Source: Patescibacteria group bacterium
GTDB lineage: Bacteria; Patescibacteriota; Minisyncoccia; Phycocordibacterales; Phycocordibacteraceae
Length of the DNA: 64,000 nt
Assembly (NCBI GenBank): GCA_019744845.1
Contig: JAIETW010000001.1
Span: forward strand, 177,999 to 241,998
Reading direction: 5' to 3'
The notes beneath the pieces are model-generated. The model made no database searches, was not told where the DNA came from, and worked only from the letters and a program-made list of their open reading frames with translations. Of this stretch, positions 18,892 to 29,232 are shown in pieces. Position numbers and translations under genes: made by a program. The first letter of the stretch is position 1. Each line of letters begins with the position of its first letter.

Positions 18892-19394
18892 AATGGATAG
18901 GCATTAGCGGAAGCCAGAAGGTAAACGAGGAGATGGAACAGGATGTCCGAAAGGACGTTCAGAACATCCTCGCTGAGGGTAACGGCATATTGGTTGGAGG
19001 CGCCTTGGGCGTAGATTCCTTTGCCCTAGAGGAGGCGCTCTCCATAGACCCTGAAGCGCACTATATAAAGGTATATCTCCCTGCCACCCTAGAACGCTAT
19101 GCCGCCCACTACCGACGCCGTGCAGAGGAAGGAGTAATCTCCAAAGACCAGGCCGAAACCTTGATCGGACTCCTCACCAAAGCCAAGAATGACCATGCCG
19201 TTTCCTTTACGGAACACCCTGAAAACACGGAAATGAATCAAACCACCTACTACGAGCGAAACAGCGCAATCGTTTCCGCAGCTGATGAAATACACGCCTT
19301 CCAATCTAATAACAGCAAGGGCACACAAGACACCATAGATAAGGCGAAGACAAAGGGTATTCCAGTCATCGTGTACTCGTATTCAGTCTCCTAA
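18876..19394 (+). CDS. DprA/SLOG-like Rossmann-fold protein, hypothetical
   Basis: 172 aa. ILVGGALGVDSFALEEAL resembles the DprA/SLOG nucleotide-binding core. Confidence 0.35.
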   Translation: MATRMKWIGISGSQKVNEEMEQDVRKDVQNILAEGNGILVGGALGVDSFALEEALSIDPEAHYIKVYLPATLERYAAHYRRRAEEGVISKDQAETLIGLLTKAKNDHAVSFTEHPENTEMNQTTYYERNSAIVSAADEIHAFQSNNSKGTQDTIDKAKTKGIPVIVYSYSVS

Positions 19395-19446
19395 AGTGGC
19401 TTCACGGATTTGACAGCCTATCTATAGGTACGCTATGTGTTAGCGT

Positions 19447-21807
19447 GTGGCCAAGAAACTACTCATCGTAGAGTCTCCAGCGAAAGCGAAGACTGTACAG
19501 AAATATCTCGGAAGCGACTATGAGGTACTCGCCTCAGTCGGACACGTGCGTGATCTTCCGAAATCAAACAAGGACGCCGTAGATATAGAGGGCGGCTTTG
19601 TCCCCCGCTACGTCATTTCTGCTGGAAAGAAGGAGGTGATTGAGCGCATCAAGAAAGCGGCAGCCAAGGCTGACGAAGTCCTTCTTGCAACCGACCCCGA
19701 CCGTGAAGGAGAAGCAATCGCCTGGCATATCCAGGAAGCCATTGGTCTTAAGAAACCGAAGCGTGTGGTCTTCCATGAGATCACCAAGAGCGCAGTGGAA
19801 GAAGCAATGGAGGAGCCGAGAGAGATTGATCTCAACCTGAAGGAAGCACAGGAGGCACGCCGTGTGCTTGATCGCATTGTGGGCTACGACCTTTCGGGGC
19901 TTATCTGGAAGAAGGTTCGCTACGGTCTTTCTGCTGGTCGCGTGCAGTCTCCTGCTCTCCGCATCCTTGCGGAGCGTGAGCGTGAGATTAAAGCATTCAT
20001 CCCAGAAACCTTTTTTGTACTTGCTGCCCTTTTCAAAACCAAGAGCGGAGAATTCCCTGCAAGCTGTGTAGAGGAGCCAAAGACCAAGGAAGAGGCAGAT
20101 CGTATCGTCACGCTTGGCGAGAAAGCGAAGTGGGAAGTGGGAGATATTACGGAACGTGCTGAAGAGCGCTCCCCTCGCCCACCGTTTACGACGTCCACCA
20201 TGCAGCAGACGGCTTCTACTCGTCTTGGCTTCTCTCCTTCTCGCACCATGCGTGCAGCCCAGAAGCTCTATGAAGCGGGACATATCACCTACATGCGTAC
20301 GGACTCCGTCACGCTTTCAAAACAGGCAGTCGCGCAGATGTGCTCAATTGTAGAGAAGGACTTTGGAAAAGAGTACGTGCAGCCACGCGTGTACAAGACC
20401 AAGAGTAAGAACGCACAGGAAGCACACGAGGCAGTGCGCCCTACCGATCCTTCTCGTCTCCATGCAGGTGCGCCGGGAGACGAAGAGAAACTCTATGAGC
20501 TTATCCGTATTCGTGCCGTCGCTTCTCAAATGGCAAGTGCAAAAGTACAGCGCACCACCATCAAGGCAAAAGCAGATGCGGATATTCCTCTTTTCTCTTC
20601 TACTGGTTCTCGTGTGATGTTCCCAGGATGGCTCGCACTTGATACTCGTGCACGCGGTGAAGACGTAGAGCTTCCAAAGCTTGAAGTTGGTGACCCTCTC
20701 ACCCTTAAGGAACTCACCTCTACGGAGAAGCAGACCGAGCCACCAAACCGCTACACGGAAGCAGGTCTTATTAAGGAGCTTGAGAAGCGCGGTATTGGAC
20801 GACCTTCTACCTACGCATCCATTATGCAGACCATTCAGGTGCGTGGCTATGTAGAGAAGGAAGGTCGCACCCTTAAACCAACCGCAACCGGTATGGTGGT
20901 ATCGGGATGGCTTGAAGAACATTTCCCTGAGTACATCTCAGACTCCTTCACCGCAGAGATGGAGGATGAGCTGGATGAAATCTCCCGTGGTGAGCGTAAG
21001 TACCTTCCTACCCTCAAAGACTTCTATGGCCCCTTCCAGAAGGCAGTAAAGTCTAAGGAAGATCTTCCGAAGGCCACCTCGCTTGGAAAAGCACCAGAAG
21101 AATTCCCGTGTCCAAAGTGTGGCAGCGCCATGGAATACAAACTTGGTCGTGGTGGTATCTTCCTTTCCTGTACGAAATATCCTGAGTGTGATGGCGCACG
21201 TCAGGAAAACGGAAGTGAGCTTAAGGGAGATGAACCACTCGGCATTCACCCGGAGACTGGCTTCCCTATCTTTGTAAAAACAGGACGCTTTGGTCCGTAT
21301 GTAGAAATGCCCACAGGTGAAGAGGAGCCCTTAAAGAAAACCCGAAGCAAGAAACCTGCAAAGCCAAAGATTATTGCGAAGCGCGCCAGTATCCCTAAAG
21401 GGAAAGATCCTGCAGCAGTCACGCTTGATGAGGCGATTCAATATCTCGCACTTCCACGCGAACTTGGCGTCAATCCAAGTTCTGGTGAAAAGATCATGGC
21501 AAACACCGGACGCTTTGGTCCGTACATCTCACACAATGGAGAGTTCCGCTCACTTAAGAAGGGTGATGATCCCTACACCATTACCCTTGAACGCGCGGTA
21601 GAGATTCTCTCTACTCCGAAGCCTCTTCCAAAGGGCGTGGAGCGCTCACATGATATCGGTAAACACCCAACCACCGGCAAGATGCTTACCGCATACAAGA
21701 GCAAGAGTGGCTGGTTCTTGAAGAAAGGACTCCGTCGCATTACCCTTCCTGACTCTGCTGACCCAGAGGCTATGACTCCTGAGGAAGCGGGTGAATATTT
21801 GAAATAA
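19447..21807 (+). CDS. topA: DNA topoisomerase I
   Basis: GTG start. TOPRIM (LIVESPAKAKT, DPDREGE), catalytic Tyr region (GHITYMRTDS), a C4 zinc ribbon (CPKCGS...CTKYPEC) and GRFGPY C-terminal repeats. Confidence 0.9.
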   Translation: MAKKLLIVESPAKAKTVQKYLGSDYEVLASVGHVRDLPKSNKDAVDIEGGFVPRYVISAGKKEVIERIKKAAAKADEVLLATDPDREGEAIAWHIQEAIGLKKPKRVVFHEITKSAVEEAMEEPREIDLNLKEAQEARRVLDRIVGYDLSGLIWKKVRYGLSAGRVQSPALRILAEREREIKAFIPETFFVLAALFKTKSGEFPASCVEEPKTKEEADRIVTLGEKAKWEVGDITERAEERSPRPPFTTSTMQQTASTRLGFSPSRTMRAAQKLYEAGHITYMRTDSVTLSKQAVAQMCSIVEKDFGKEYVQPRVYKTKSKNAQEAHEAVRPTDPSRLHAGAPGDEEKLYELIRIRAVASQMASAKVQRTTIKAKADADIPLFSSTGSRVMFPGWLALDTRARGEDVELPKLEVGDPLTLKELTSTEKQTEPPNRYTEAGLIKELEKRGIGRPSTYASIMQTIQVRGYVEKEGRTLKPTATGMVVSGWLEEHFPEYISDSFTAEMEDELDEISRGERKYLPTLKDFYGPFQKAVKSKEDLPKATSLGKAPEEFPCPKCGSAMEYKLGRGGIFLSCTKYPECDGARQENGSELKGDEPLGIHPETGFPIFVKTGRFGPYVEMPTGEEEPLKKTRSKKPAKPKIIAKRASIPKGKDPAAVTLDEAIQYLALPRELGVNPSSGEKIMANTGRFGPYISHNGEFRSLKKGDDPYTITLERAVEILSTPKPLPKGVERSHDIGKHPTTGKMLTAYKSKSGWFLKKGLRRITLPDSADPEAMTPEEAGEYLK

Positions 21808-21833
21808 GAGCTCTACCAGGTATTCTGGGAAGA

Positions 21834-23447
21834 ATGACTCCCGTCAAAGAGATTCTGGCGGAAATGCAAAACCCCTCTGCGGAGGATATTAAGCTCATAG
21901 AAAAAGCCTATGCCTTTTCCCAGAAGGCGCATGAGGGCGTGACCCGGTACTCAGGTGAGCCCTATTTCATACACCCTGCCGCAGTCGCCAAGATCCTTGC
22001 CCAGATGGGTATGGACGCAGCAACAGTCGCTGCAGGACTTCTCCATGACGCTATTGAAGACGCCAAGGCAACCGAAGAAGAAGTACAAAAGGAATTCGGA
22101 GACGAAGTCCTCTTCCTCGTAGACGGCGTCACCAAACTTGGAAAGCACAAGTACCGCGGAGCAGAACGGCACGCCGAATCGCTTCGTCGTTTGCTTGTGG
22201 CTACCTCCGCAGACATTCGCGTACTCATTGTGAAGCTCGCGGATCGTTTCCATAACATGACGACCTTGGCACACGTGCCAGAACATAAGCAAAAGCGCAT
22301 TGCACTGGAGACGCTGGAGATCTATGCCCCGATTGCGGACCGTCTTGGTATGGGTCGTATTCGTCGTGAGCTTGAGGATCTTGCCTTCCCGGCAATTGAT
22401 CCAGACGCATACCAGCACGCGCTTGAGGTACGTAAGTTAAAGACCAAGGAAACTGAGGTTGGTCTTAAGAAAGTGCAGCGTGAAATTCAGGAAGCACTCG
22501 CCAAGCAAGGTATTAAAGACTTCCGTACGGACGTCCGCATGAAAGGACTTTGGAGTCTGCACCAGAAGCTGAAGCGTAAGGGAGATGACATCACTCTTAT
22601 CTACGACATGGCAGCGCTCCGTATCATCGTGCCCACAGTCGCTGACTGTTACGCCGCCCTCGGTCTCATCCACTCACTCCACAAACCACTTCCGGGAGGA
22701 TTTAAGGACTACATCTCTGTACCGAAGCCTTCAAGCGGTTACCAGTCCCTTCACACCACCGTGGTGACTGATGGTGCAGGCATCGTGGAGATTCAGATCC
22801 GCACTAAAGAAATGCATCAGCAGGCAGAGTTCGGTATTGCCTCACACGGTTCCTACAAACTCCTTGGCCCTGCGGCAACGCAAGGTGCCGTTCGCAACAT
22901 GTCACTCCCCTGGATTCAGAATCTTATTCCGAACCTCCTTAACTTCACGAAGAAGGCACCAGGAAAAGAAGCACCTGCGAACGTACCTCGCTGGATCACT
23001 GAACTCGCTGAAGCGCATGCGGGTAACACCGGCTCTACTGAGTTTGTAGAAGGACTAAAATCTGACTTCTTCTCACACCGTATCTTCGTCTTCACGCCTC
23101 GTGGAGACGTGATTGACCTTCCTATCGGTTCTACGCCTATAGACTTCGCCTATGCGATCCACAGCGACCTAGGAGACCATATGAATGGTGCCAAGGTGAA
23201 TGGAAAGCTTGTCTCATTTGATACGACCATTGAAAACGGTGACGTGGTAGAAATCATCACCCGAGAATCCGCACGCCCAACGGCAAAGTGGCTTGATGTC
23301 GCCGTCACCTCTATGGCACGCAGACACATTCGTGGCGCACTAGAACTCTCTGAACGCAGACTTCCTTCCGCCCCAATGAAAGTAGATACTCGTGTGCTCC
23401 GCAAGAAAGCGAGCAAAGAAGGAAAGAAAAAGAAAGGAAAAGGTTAA
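21834..23447 (+). CDS. rel: RelA/SpoT-family (p)ppGpp synthetase/hydrolase lacking the C-terminal ACT/RRM region
   Basis: HD domain (HDAIED), synthetase domain (RIIVPTVADCYAALGLIHS, GYQSLHTTV), TGS domain, then a short K-rich tail. 537 aa. Confidence 0.8.
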   Translation: MTPVKEILAEMQNPSAEDIKLIEKAYAFSQKAHEGVTRYSGEPYFIHPAAVAKILAQMGMDAATVAAGLLHDAIEDAKATEEEVQKEFGDEVLFLVDGVTKLGKHKYRGAERHAESLRRLLVATSADIRVLIVKLADRFHNMTTLAHVPEHKQKRIALETLEIYAPIADRLGMGRIRRELEDLAFPAIDPDAYQHALEVRKLKTKETEVGLKKVQREIQEALAKQGIKDFRTDVRMKGLWSLHQKLKRKGDDITLIYDMAALRIIVPTVADCYAALGLIHSLHKPLPGGFKDYISVPKPSSGYQSLHTTVVTDGAGIVEIQIRTKEMHQQAEFGIASHGSYKLLGPAATQGAVRNMSLPWIQNLIPNLLNFTKKAPGKEAPANVPRWITELAEAHAGNTGSTEFVEGLKSDFFSHRIFVFTPRGDVIDLPIGSTPIDFAYAIHSDLGDHMNGAKVNGKLVSFDTTIENGDVVEIITRESARPTAKWLDVAVTSMARRHIRGALELSERRLPSAPMKVDTRVLRKKASKEGKKKKGKG

Positions 23448-24397
23448 ACCGTAAAGTTACGGATGACCCCAAGCTCTGCGTCAGGTGTGGTCTGCGTCGT
23501 GTTTGGTGCGAGCTCAGGAGTTGGCTCAAGCTCTACTGACTCTGCATCTTCTAGCTTCTGTCCCTGCTCTGCGGCAAGTGCAGCCACAATGTGTGACAGG
23601 TCTTCTGGAGAGAAGAACTCAATCAAGACGCGTCCACCGTTTGGACGGTTCTCAATAAACACACGAGTACCGAGGGTCTCCGTAAGGGACTTCTCTATCT
23701 CCATCATCTCTGGAGTCTTGTCGTGTTTGCGGATCTTATCGGTCGCAATACGACGCACCATCTGCTCAGTCATACGTACTGAGGTTTTCTTCAGAACGAT
23801 TTCCTTAAACAAAGTGTCCTGTTCCTCCTTACGATCTGAAAGCATCAAAAGGGCACGAGCATGTCCTTCGGTAAGCTCCTTGTTCACCACCGCCTGCTGA
23901 ATGTGTTCAGGAAGGGCAAGAAGACGAATGGAGTTACTAACGAACTCGCGACTGCGGCCTACCTTCGCACCAATCTCAGAGTGTGAAAGACCGAACTCCT
24001 CGGCAAGCTGTGCAAGGGCTTTGGCGCGATCAATAGCATTCAAATCCTCACGCTGGAGGTTCTCAATGATGGCAATCTCAAGCTTCATTCGGTCATCCTG
24101 CTCTTCGCGGATCACGACAGGAATTTCGCGAAGCCCGACTAGCTTAGAGGCACGGAGACGACGCTCCCCCGCGATAAGTTCGTAACGGGTCTCAAGGCCT
24201 CCTCCGAACTTCTCTATTTCCTTTCGGGTAACGACAAGCGGCTGAAGCACGCCGTACTGGCGAATAGATTCTGCGAGCGCCTTCAAGCGGGCCTCATCAA
24301 ACTCCTTTCGAGGCTGGAAAGGATTGGGTTCAATGCGATCAACCTCCACCCAAAAGACGGAGTCAAACCTTGTCGGCTCATATGCTGCCCCACTCAT
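23444..24397 (-). CDS. parB: Chromosome partitioning protein ParB/Spo0J
   Basis: ParB box (IEPNPFQPRKEFD), GERRLRA motif and a helix-turn-helix. Confidence 0.8.
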   Translation of the reverse strand: MSGAAYEPTRFDSVFWVEVDRIEPNPFQPRKEFDEARLKALAESIRQYGVLQPLVVTRKEIEKFGGGLETRYELIAGERRLRASKLVGLREIPVVIREEQDDRMKLEIAIIENLQREDLNAIDRAKALAQLAEEFGLSHSEIGAKVGRSREFVSNSIRLLALPEHIQQAVVNKELTEGHARALLMLSDRKEEQDTLFKEIVLKKTSVRMTEQMVRRIATDKIRKHDKTPEMMEIEKSLTETLGTRVFIENRPNGGRVLIEFFSPEDLSHIVAALAAEQGQKLEDAESVELEPTPELAPNTTQTTPDAELGVIRNFTV

Positions 24398-24447
24398 GCA
24401 TAAAATATATCACGCGCGTTGCCAGATTTTGAGAAGCCGCGTAGGAT

Positions 24448-24529
24448 AAAACGCATTGCCGGGGTGGCGGAATTGGTATACGCGACGGATTCAAAACCCG
24501 TTCCCGTGAGGGTTGAGGGTTCGACTCCC
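24448..24529 (+). tRNA. tRNA-Leu (anticodon CAA), type II
   Basis: Acceptor GCCGGGG/CUCCGGC. D-arm identical in style to bacterial tRNA-Leu. Anticodon loop UUCAAAA. Long variable arm. T-arm GAGGG-UUCGACU-CCCUC. Discriminator A. The track ORF 24419..24634 is spurious. Confidence 0.75.
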
Positions 24530-24545
24530 TCCTCCGGCACTTGTA

Positions 24546-25703
24546 TTAGAAATCTCTCTGTCCTTCAGTCACCTGCATCTTTTCCGCTGCAGTGTGCGCT
24601 TTCTTTCGTGCCTCATCAGTGTCGTCTCCTATAGCGAGCGCAACTGCCATACGACGGCGTACATGCGCCGTTGGTTTCCCAAACACACGCACAAGAGTTC
24701 CGGGTTCTGTGAGAGCCTCTACCACTCCCGTCACGACGGGATGATCGCTCACAATAGACGAGAGTACGGGGACTGATGCGCCAGGACGCACGACTATCTC
24801 AGGAATAGGAAGTCCAATGATTGCGCGTACATGGAGTTCAAACTCACTCATGTTCTGGCTCACCATGGTCACCATACCGGTATCGTGCGGACGAGGAGAT
24901 ACTTCTGAGAAAATTACTTCATCCCCTTTGACAAACAACTCAACGCCAAAGAGTCCCCGTCCGCCAAGTGCGTCCGTAATCTTCTGTGCGACTTCCTCCG
25001 CGTTCTTGAGTGCTGTCTCTGACATTTTATGCGGCTGCCAACTCTCTCTGTAGTCTCCATCTATCTGCACATGCCCAATCGGTGCACAGAAACTGGTGCC
25101 TCCCGCATGACGAACGGTGAGAAGGGTAATCTCGTAGTCAAAATCAATAAATCCCTCCACAATCACTTTCCCCGTCTTCCCTCGTCCCGCCTCCATCGCA
25201 TATTCCCAAGCATGTGGAAGATCCTCAGTACCGCGTACGACACTCTGTCCTTTTCCTGAAGAAGACATCGTTGGCTTTATGACACAAGGGAAGCCAATCT
25301 CAGAGGCTGACGCTTCAAGCTCTTCAAAACTTTCGGCAAACCGGTATGGACTCGTCGGAAGCTTGAGCTCCTCTGCAGCGAGTCGTCGTATGCCCTCACG
25401 ATCCATGGTGAGACGAGCAGCACGTGCGGTTGGAATCACGGTGTGCCCTTCCTGTTCTAGCTCTACCAGCGTCGCAGTCGCAATTGCTTCAATCTCAGGA
25501 ACGATAAAATCCGGTTTCTCTTCTTCCACTGCCTTTCGTATCTCAGCGCCATCAAGCATGGAAAAGACGCGTGCGGTATGCGCTACCTGCATGGCAGGTG
25601 CATTCGCATATCTATCGCAGGCAACGACTGTATGACCGAGGCGCATCGCCTCAATCGCCACTTCCTTTCCTAGTTCCCCACTTCCGAGCAACAAGAGCTT
25701 CAT
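24546..25703 (-). CDS. purT: Formate-dependent phosphoribosylglycinamide formyltransferase (GAR transformylase 2)
   Basis: N-terminus [19 protein letters not shown] and ATP-grasp core. Confidence 0.75.
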   Translation of the reverse strand: MKLLLLGSGELGKEVAIEAMRLGHTVVACDRYANAPAMQVAHTARVFSMLDGAEIRKAVEEEKPDFIVPEIEAIATATLVELEQEGHTVIPTARAARLTMDREGIRRLAAEELKLPTSPYRFAESFEELEASASEIGFPCVIKPTMSSSGKGQSVVRGTEDLPHAWEYAMEAGRGKTGKVIVEGFIDFDYEITLLTVRHAGGTSFCAPIGHVQIDGDYRESWQPHKMSETALKNAEEVAQKITDALGGRGLFGVELFVKGDEVIFSEVSPRPHDTGMVTMVSQNMSEFELHVRAIIGLPIPEIVVRPGASVPVLSSIVSDHPVVTGVVEALTEPGTLVRVFGKPTAHVRRRMAVALAIGDDTDEARKKAHTAAEKMQVTEGQRDF

Positions 25704-25718
25704 GGGGTATGTGTGACC

Positions 25719-26384
25719 TTAGATCTTTCCTACGAGATCCATTCCTGGCTCAAGGGTGTCATCTCCTGGTTCCCAAGATGCAGGACAGACTTTGTCGCCG
25801 TGCGTATCTACGAACTGTGCAGCCTGAAGCTTGCGAAGCGTTTCCTTTGCAGAGCGACCAATAGAGTTGTGGTGTATCTCCATGGTGCGGAGTACTCCTG
25901 CGGGATCAATGATGAAGGTGCCGCGCATAGAGAGTCCTTCGTCTGGCGTAAGGGTAGTGTCGTAGCCCTGAATAAGTACACCAAATGCATCACTGATCTT
26001 TCCTGCAGGATCTGCACCCATTGGGAAGTTTATGTTCTTAATTGCAGGAGAGGTGTCGTGCCATGCCTTGTGGGTAAAGACGGTGTCGGTTGAGAATGAG
26101 ACGACATCTGCGTTCATTTCCTGAATCTTTGGATAGATCTTGGCGAGATCCTCAAGCTCCGTCGGACAGACGAAGGTGAAGTCTGCAGGATAGAACATAA
26201 CCACGAGCCACTTCCCATGGAAGTCGCTAAATTTCATCCGTGCAGTGTCTCCCTTGTGATACACCTCAAACTCGTAATCAGGCACATTCTCACCAACACG
26301 TACTGAAGACACGTACTCACGCATCGGATCGTGGAAGTCTCCGCAGTGATCACAGTAGTTGCTCTTTTGTCCGTTTTTATCCAT
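25719..26384 (-). CDS. Peroxiredoxin (AhpC/TSA family)
   Basis: FTFVCPTE peroxidatic Cys motif and a resolving-Cys region (VCPASW). The N-terminal 20 aa carrying CDHCGD may or may not be translated. Confidence 0.8.
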   Translation of the reverse strand: MDKNGQKSNYCDHCGDFHDPMREYVSSVRVGENVPDYEFEVYHKGDTARMKFSDFHGKWLVVMFYPADFTFVCPTELEDLAKIYPKIQEMNADVVSFSTDTVFTHKAWHDTSPAIKNINFPMGADPAGKISDAFGVLIQGYDTTLTPDEGLSMRGTFIIDPAGVLRTMEIHHNSIGRSAKETLRKLQAAQFVDTHGDKVCPASWEPGDDTLEPGMDLVGKI

Positions 26385-26421
26385 ATGTGTAGTATCTTAC
26401 GCTGCCAAAAATGATGGAGGC

Positions 26422-27279
26422 ATGATAGCATCCGAGCTCATGAGCAGCAAAACACGCATTATCTGCGTCATTGGCCCCACCGCATCAGGAAAGACTGCAA
26501 AGGCCGTCGCACTCGCTAAAGAGCGTGACGGAGAGGTTATTTCCGTCGACTCACGTCAGGTATATAGAATGCTTGATATTGGTACTGAGAAAGCCACAAA
26601 AGAGGAGATGGATGGTATCCCACACTATCTAATAGACGCGGTTGATCCTCGCGAGATTTATAGCGCAGGAGATTTCGTTACTGATGCGAACTCCCGCATC
26701 GCGGACATAGCCGCCCGAGGTAAGACTCCGATCCTAGCTGGTGGTACCCACTTCTATTTTGATGCGCTCTTGAATGGACTTCCCAAGGAAACTCCCGCTG
26801 ATCCTGAATTCCGAAAGACACTTGAAGCCCTTTCTGATGAAGAGCTCTTTGCCCGCATACAGGCACAAGATCCGCGCCGTGCAGAAAAGATTGATCCACA
26901 CAATCGCCGTCGTCTTACTCGCGCACTTGAAGTGATTCAAAAGCACGGACAGGTACCTGAACGTACACCCTCAGACACATATGAAGTGGAATGGGTGGTG
27001 CTTATGCCTGAACGAGAAGAACTGCGCGCGCGTCTTGAGAAACGACTCAAGGATGCCTTTGCGAAAGGGCTGATAGAAGAAGTGCGTCAGGTACGCGAGT
27101 ACGTCGGTGATGAGCGTCTTAATGAGCTAGGTCTTGAATACAAAGTGATCGGAGAATACCTCCGCGAGGAAAGGACCGAAGAGTCACTCATTCCTGCACT
27201 GACTGCCAAACTCTGGCAGTACGCAAAGCACCAGATGAAGTGGATGCGGAAACTACGCTTACCAACCAATACAGCCTGA
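26422..27279 (+). CDS. miaA: tRNA dimethylallyltransferase. The start is probably an internal Met; the track ORF begins at 26359.
   Basis: P-loop GPTASGKT, then DSRQVYRMLDIGTEK. Confidence 0.8.
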   Translation: MIASELMSSKTRIICVIGPTASGKTAKAVALAKERDGEVISVDSRQVYRMLDIGTEKATKEEMDGIPHYLIDAVDPREIYSAGDFVTDANSRIADIAARGKTPILAGGTHFYFDALLNGLPKETPADPEFRKTLEALSDEELFARIQAQDPRRAEKIDPHNRRRLTRALEVIQKHGQVPERTPSDTYEVEWVVLMPEREELRARLEKRLKDAFAKGLIEEVRQVREYVGDERLNELGLEYKVIGEYLREERTEESLIPALTAKLWQYAKHQMKWMRKLRLPTNTA

Positions 27280-28416
27280 TCCGTCGCGCTGATGTTCAGA
27301 AAGGTATACGGAGAAGTGTCCCTGCGTTCCATACTTGAGCACTTTTACCTGTGCACCGTAATTTGGAACTCCGTCAAGAATCTGCTGGCATTGTGATGAG
27401 GAAAGAGATCCATTTTCGTACACCACGTATAGACCTTGGTTTTTCAGCCGGATAGCCATTTCACTAATTTGTGACGTAGAAGGACTGCCGCTCGTACGGG
27501 CAATATCTACACACGTACCATCGCTGTGACACGACGCAGAGTGGTTGGTAGTTGGTGGCCACATTTCTGTAATTCGCCAACCACTATTAGTTCCTACCGC
27601 TACCTGCACTTTTGAAAGGAGAGATGCGTTTACGTAGCAGTAATCAAGTGGTGGTGAAAAGGACTGCACGCCATCTTGCCCTCCCGAGAGACGACAGCCG
27701 TTCTGTGCGGGAGTCTTGTGTGACACGTTCGCATTCACTTTATTACAGTTTGAACAGCCAGCCGGTGACCCAGTCGCAGTGGGCGCTTCACACGCATCGC
27801 CCGTATCATCATTGTCCGCATCAGCCTGATTTGCATTGGCAGTCGTTGGGCAGTTGTCTTCGGTATCAAGAATGCCATCGCTATCGTCATCCGTATTTGC
27901 AGGATCGGCTGGAGTGGCAGGTGTTGCCGGCTCCACCCCTCCGGATGACTGAGCCTGTCCTGACTGCTGCTGATTTGGCTGGATACAGTAATCCTTTTCC
28001 TCATCAGCAATGAGAATGTCTTCCCATGGGCCAAACTGTCCATTTCCTGGGTTATAGATTGCTTTCATGAGGTAGTCTACGAAGAGCCAGGCGGAAAGCA
28101 CAATCGCCAAACCAACCACCGCATTCAAAAGCATCGTGCGTCCCTTCTCACGATTCCCTGGATTGAGCGGAGAAAGCATCCAGATCGCACCTGCGTATGC
28201 GATCACCAAGGTCGCAATCACAATACCAAACGCAATGGCGAGATTCATTGCATTCTGGAGGGTCTCAAGTCCACATCCCCAGTCAGGAGCACTGTCTTCG
28301 CACTGACACTTCTCGCTAATGAGCGGCTCAAACATCCCATCGGCCAATACCGTGCCTGGCATGATGAAAACAACAGAGAGTATAAGCACAGGGAGCAGCA
28401 CCCAGAGCTTCTTCAT
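27259..28416 (-). CDS. Secreted/membrane protein with thrombospondin type-3-like calcium-binding repeats, hypothetical. The start is trimmed to MKKLWVLL because the longer track ORF runs through tRNA-Trp.
   Basis: Signal peptide plus two transmembrane helices. DDDSDGILDTEDNCPTTANANQADADNDDTGDACE matches the DxDxDGxxDxxDNCPxxxNxxQxDxDxDxxGDxC repeat. Cys-rich C-terminal domain. Confidence 0.45.
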   Translation of the reverse strand: MKKLWVLLPVLILSVVFIMPGTVLADGMFEPLISEKCQCEDSAPDWGCGLETLQNAMNLAIAFGIVIATLVIAYAGAIWMLSPLNPGNREKGRTMLLNAVVGLAIVLSAWLFVDYLMKAIYNPGNGQFGPWEDILIADEEKDYCIQPNQQQSGQAQSSGGVEPATPATPADPANTDDDSDGILDTEDNCPTTANANQADADNDDTGDACEAPTATGSPAGCSNCNKVNANVSHKTPAQNGCRLSGGQDGVQSFSPPLDYCYVNASLLSKVQVAVGTNSGWRITEMWPPTTNHSASCHSDGTCVDIARTSGSPSTSQISEMAIRLKNQGLYVVYENGSLSSSQCQQILDGVPNYGAQVKVLKYGTQGHFSVYLSEHQRDGSGCIGW

Positions 28417-28483
28417 ATGTTCGTAGTATACGGTATGCCACAGGGCTAAATGGCTTTGCCCACAGGCAGGATTACTGCTATCG

Positions 28484-28554
28484 TAGCCCCACTGGGCCCA
28501 TAGTTTAGTGGTAGAACAACGGTCTCCAAAACCGTTAGTCGAGGTTCGATTCCT
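28484..28554 (+). tRNA. tRNA-Trp (anticodon CCA)
   Basis: Acceptor GGGCCCA/UGGGCCC. Anticodon stem ACGGU/ACCGU with loop CUCCAAA. T-arm CGAGG-UUCGAUU-CCUCG. Discriminator G. Confidence 0.85.
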
Positions 28555-28588
28555 CGTGGGCCCGCTGATGAGCTCGTGGTGTACGATC

Positions 28589-29200
28589 ATGACTTTAAAC
28601 CCATTAGAAACACTTCTTCTTGTAATAGATGTGCAGGTAGACTTCTGCTCACCAGAAGGCCTTTCCGCAACCCGCGGAAGAGGCATGCATCAGATCACGG
28701 AGATGCTTCCCCGTCTTCTTACGTTTATTCCTATGGTGAAAGAAAAAGGAGTGTCAGTCGTATACACCCAAATGATAACGACCGAACACCCACCAGAAAA
28801 CTACATACTCGCAAGAAAGGTGAAAGGATTTGAAGATATCGCACGTGTCGGCACTCATGGTGCCGAGCTCTACATGGTCATTCCTGAGCAGGATGATGTC
28901 GTGATAGTTAAGGAGCGTTTTGATGCATTTGCGGGCACTACACTCGCCACTCTGTGTGCAGAACGAAAGATCCGCAACATCCTTATTACGGGTGTACGAA
29001 GTGACATATGCGTGGACGCGACCGCAAAACGCGCATTTGCAGAGGGATATAACGTGTTTGTCGTAAAAGACTTAGTCGCAACTTCTGATGAACGTCTTAA
29101 GCAACACGAAGTTATCCTTGAAACGTTCGGAACATACTCAGGCTTTGTTATATCAAGTAAAGAAGCTGAACAGAGCTTGAGTTCCACAGATAGCCAATAG
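28589..29200 (+). CDS. Isochorismatase-family cysteine hydrolase
   Basis: LLVIDVQVDF, and a catalytic Cys in ITGVRSDICV. Start set after tRNA-Trp. Confidence 0.7.
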   Translation: MTLNPLETLLLVIDVQVDFCSPEGLSATRGRGMHQITEMLPRLLTFIPMVKEKGVSVVYTQMITTEHPPENYILARKVKGFEDIARVGTHGAELYMVIPEQDDVVIVKERFDAFAGTTLATLCAERKIRNILITGVRSDICVDATAKRAFAEGYNVFVVKDLVATSDERLKQHEVILETFGTYSGFVISSKEAEQSLSSTDSQ

Positions 29201-29232
29201 TAGTATCCACCCAAGTGGTATCATAAACACAT

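Noticed and set aside
19564-20283. 239-aa minus-strand ORF inside topA
   Set aside because: It is antisense to topA, which carries unambiguous TOPRIM and catalytic Tyr motifs.
24419-24634. Track ORF on the + strand (71 aa)
   Set aside because: It is almost entirely covered by the hand-folded tRNA-Leu(CAA) and has no protein-like composition.
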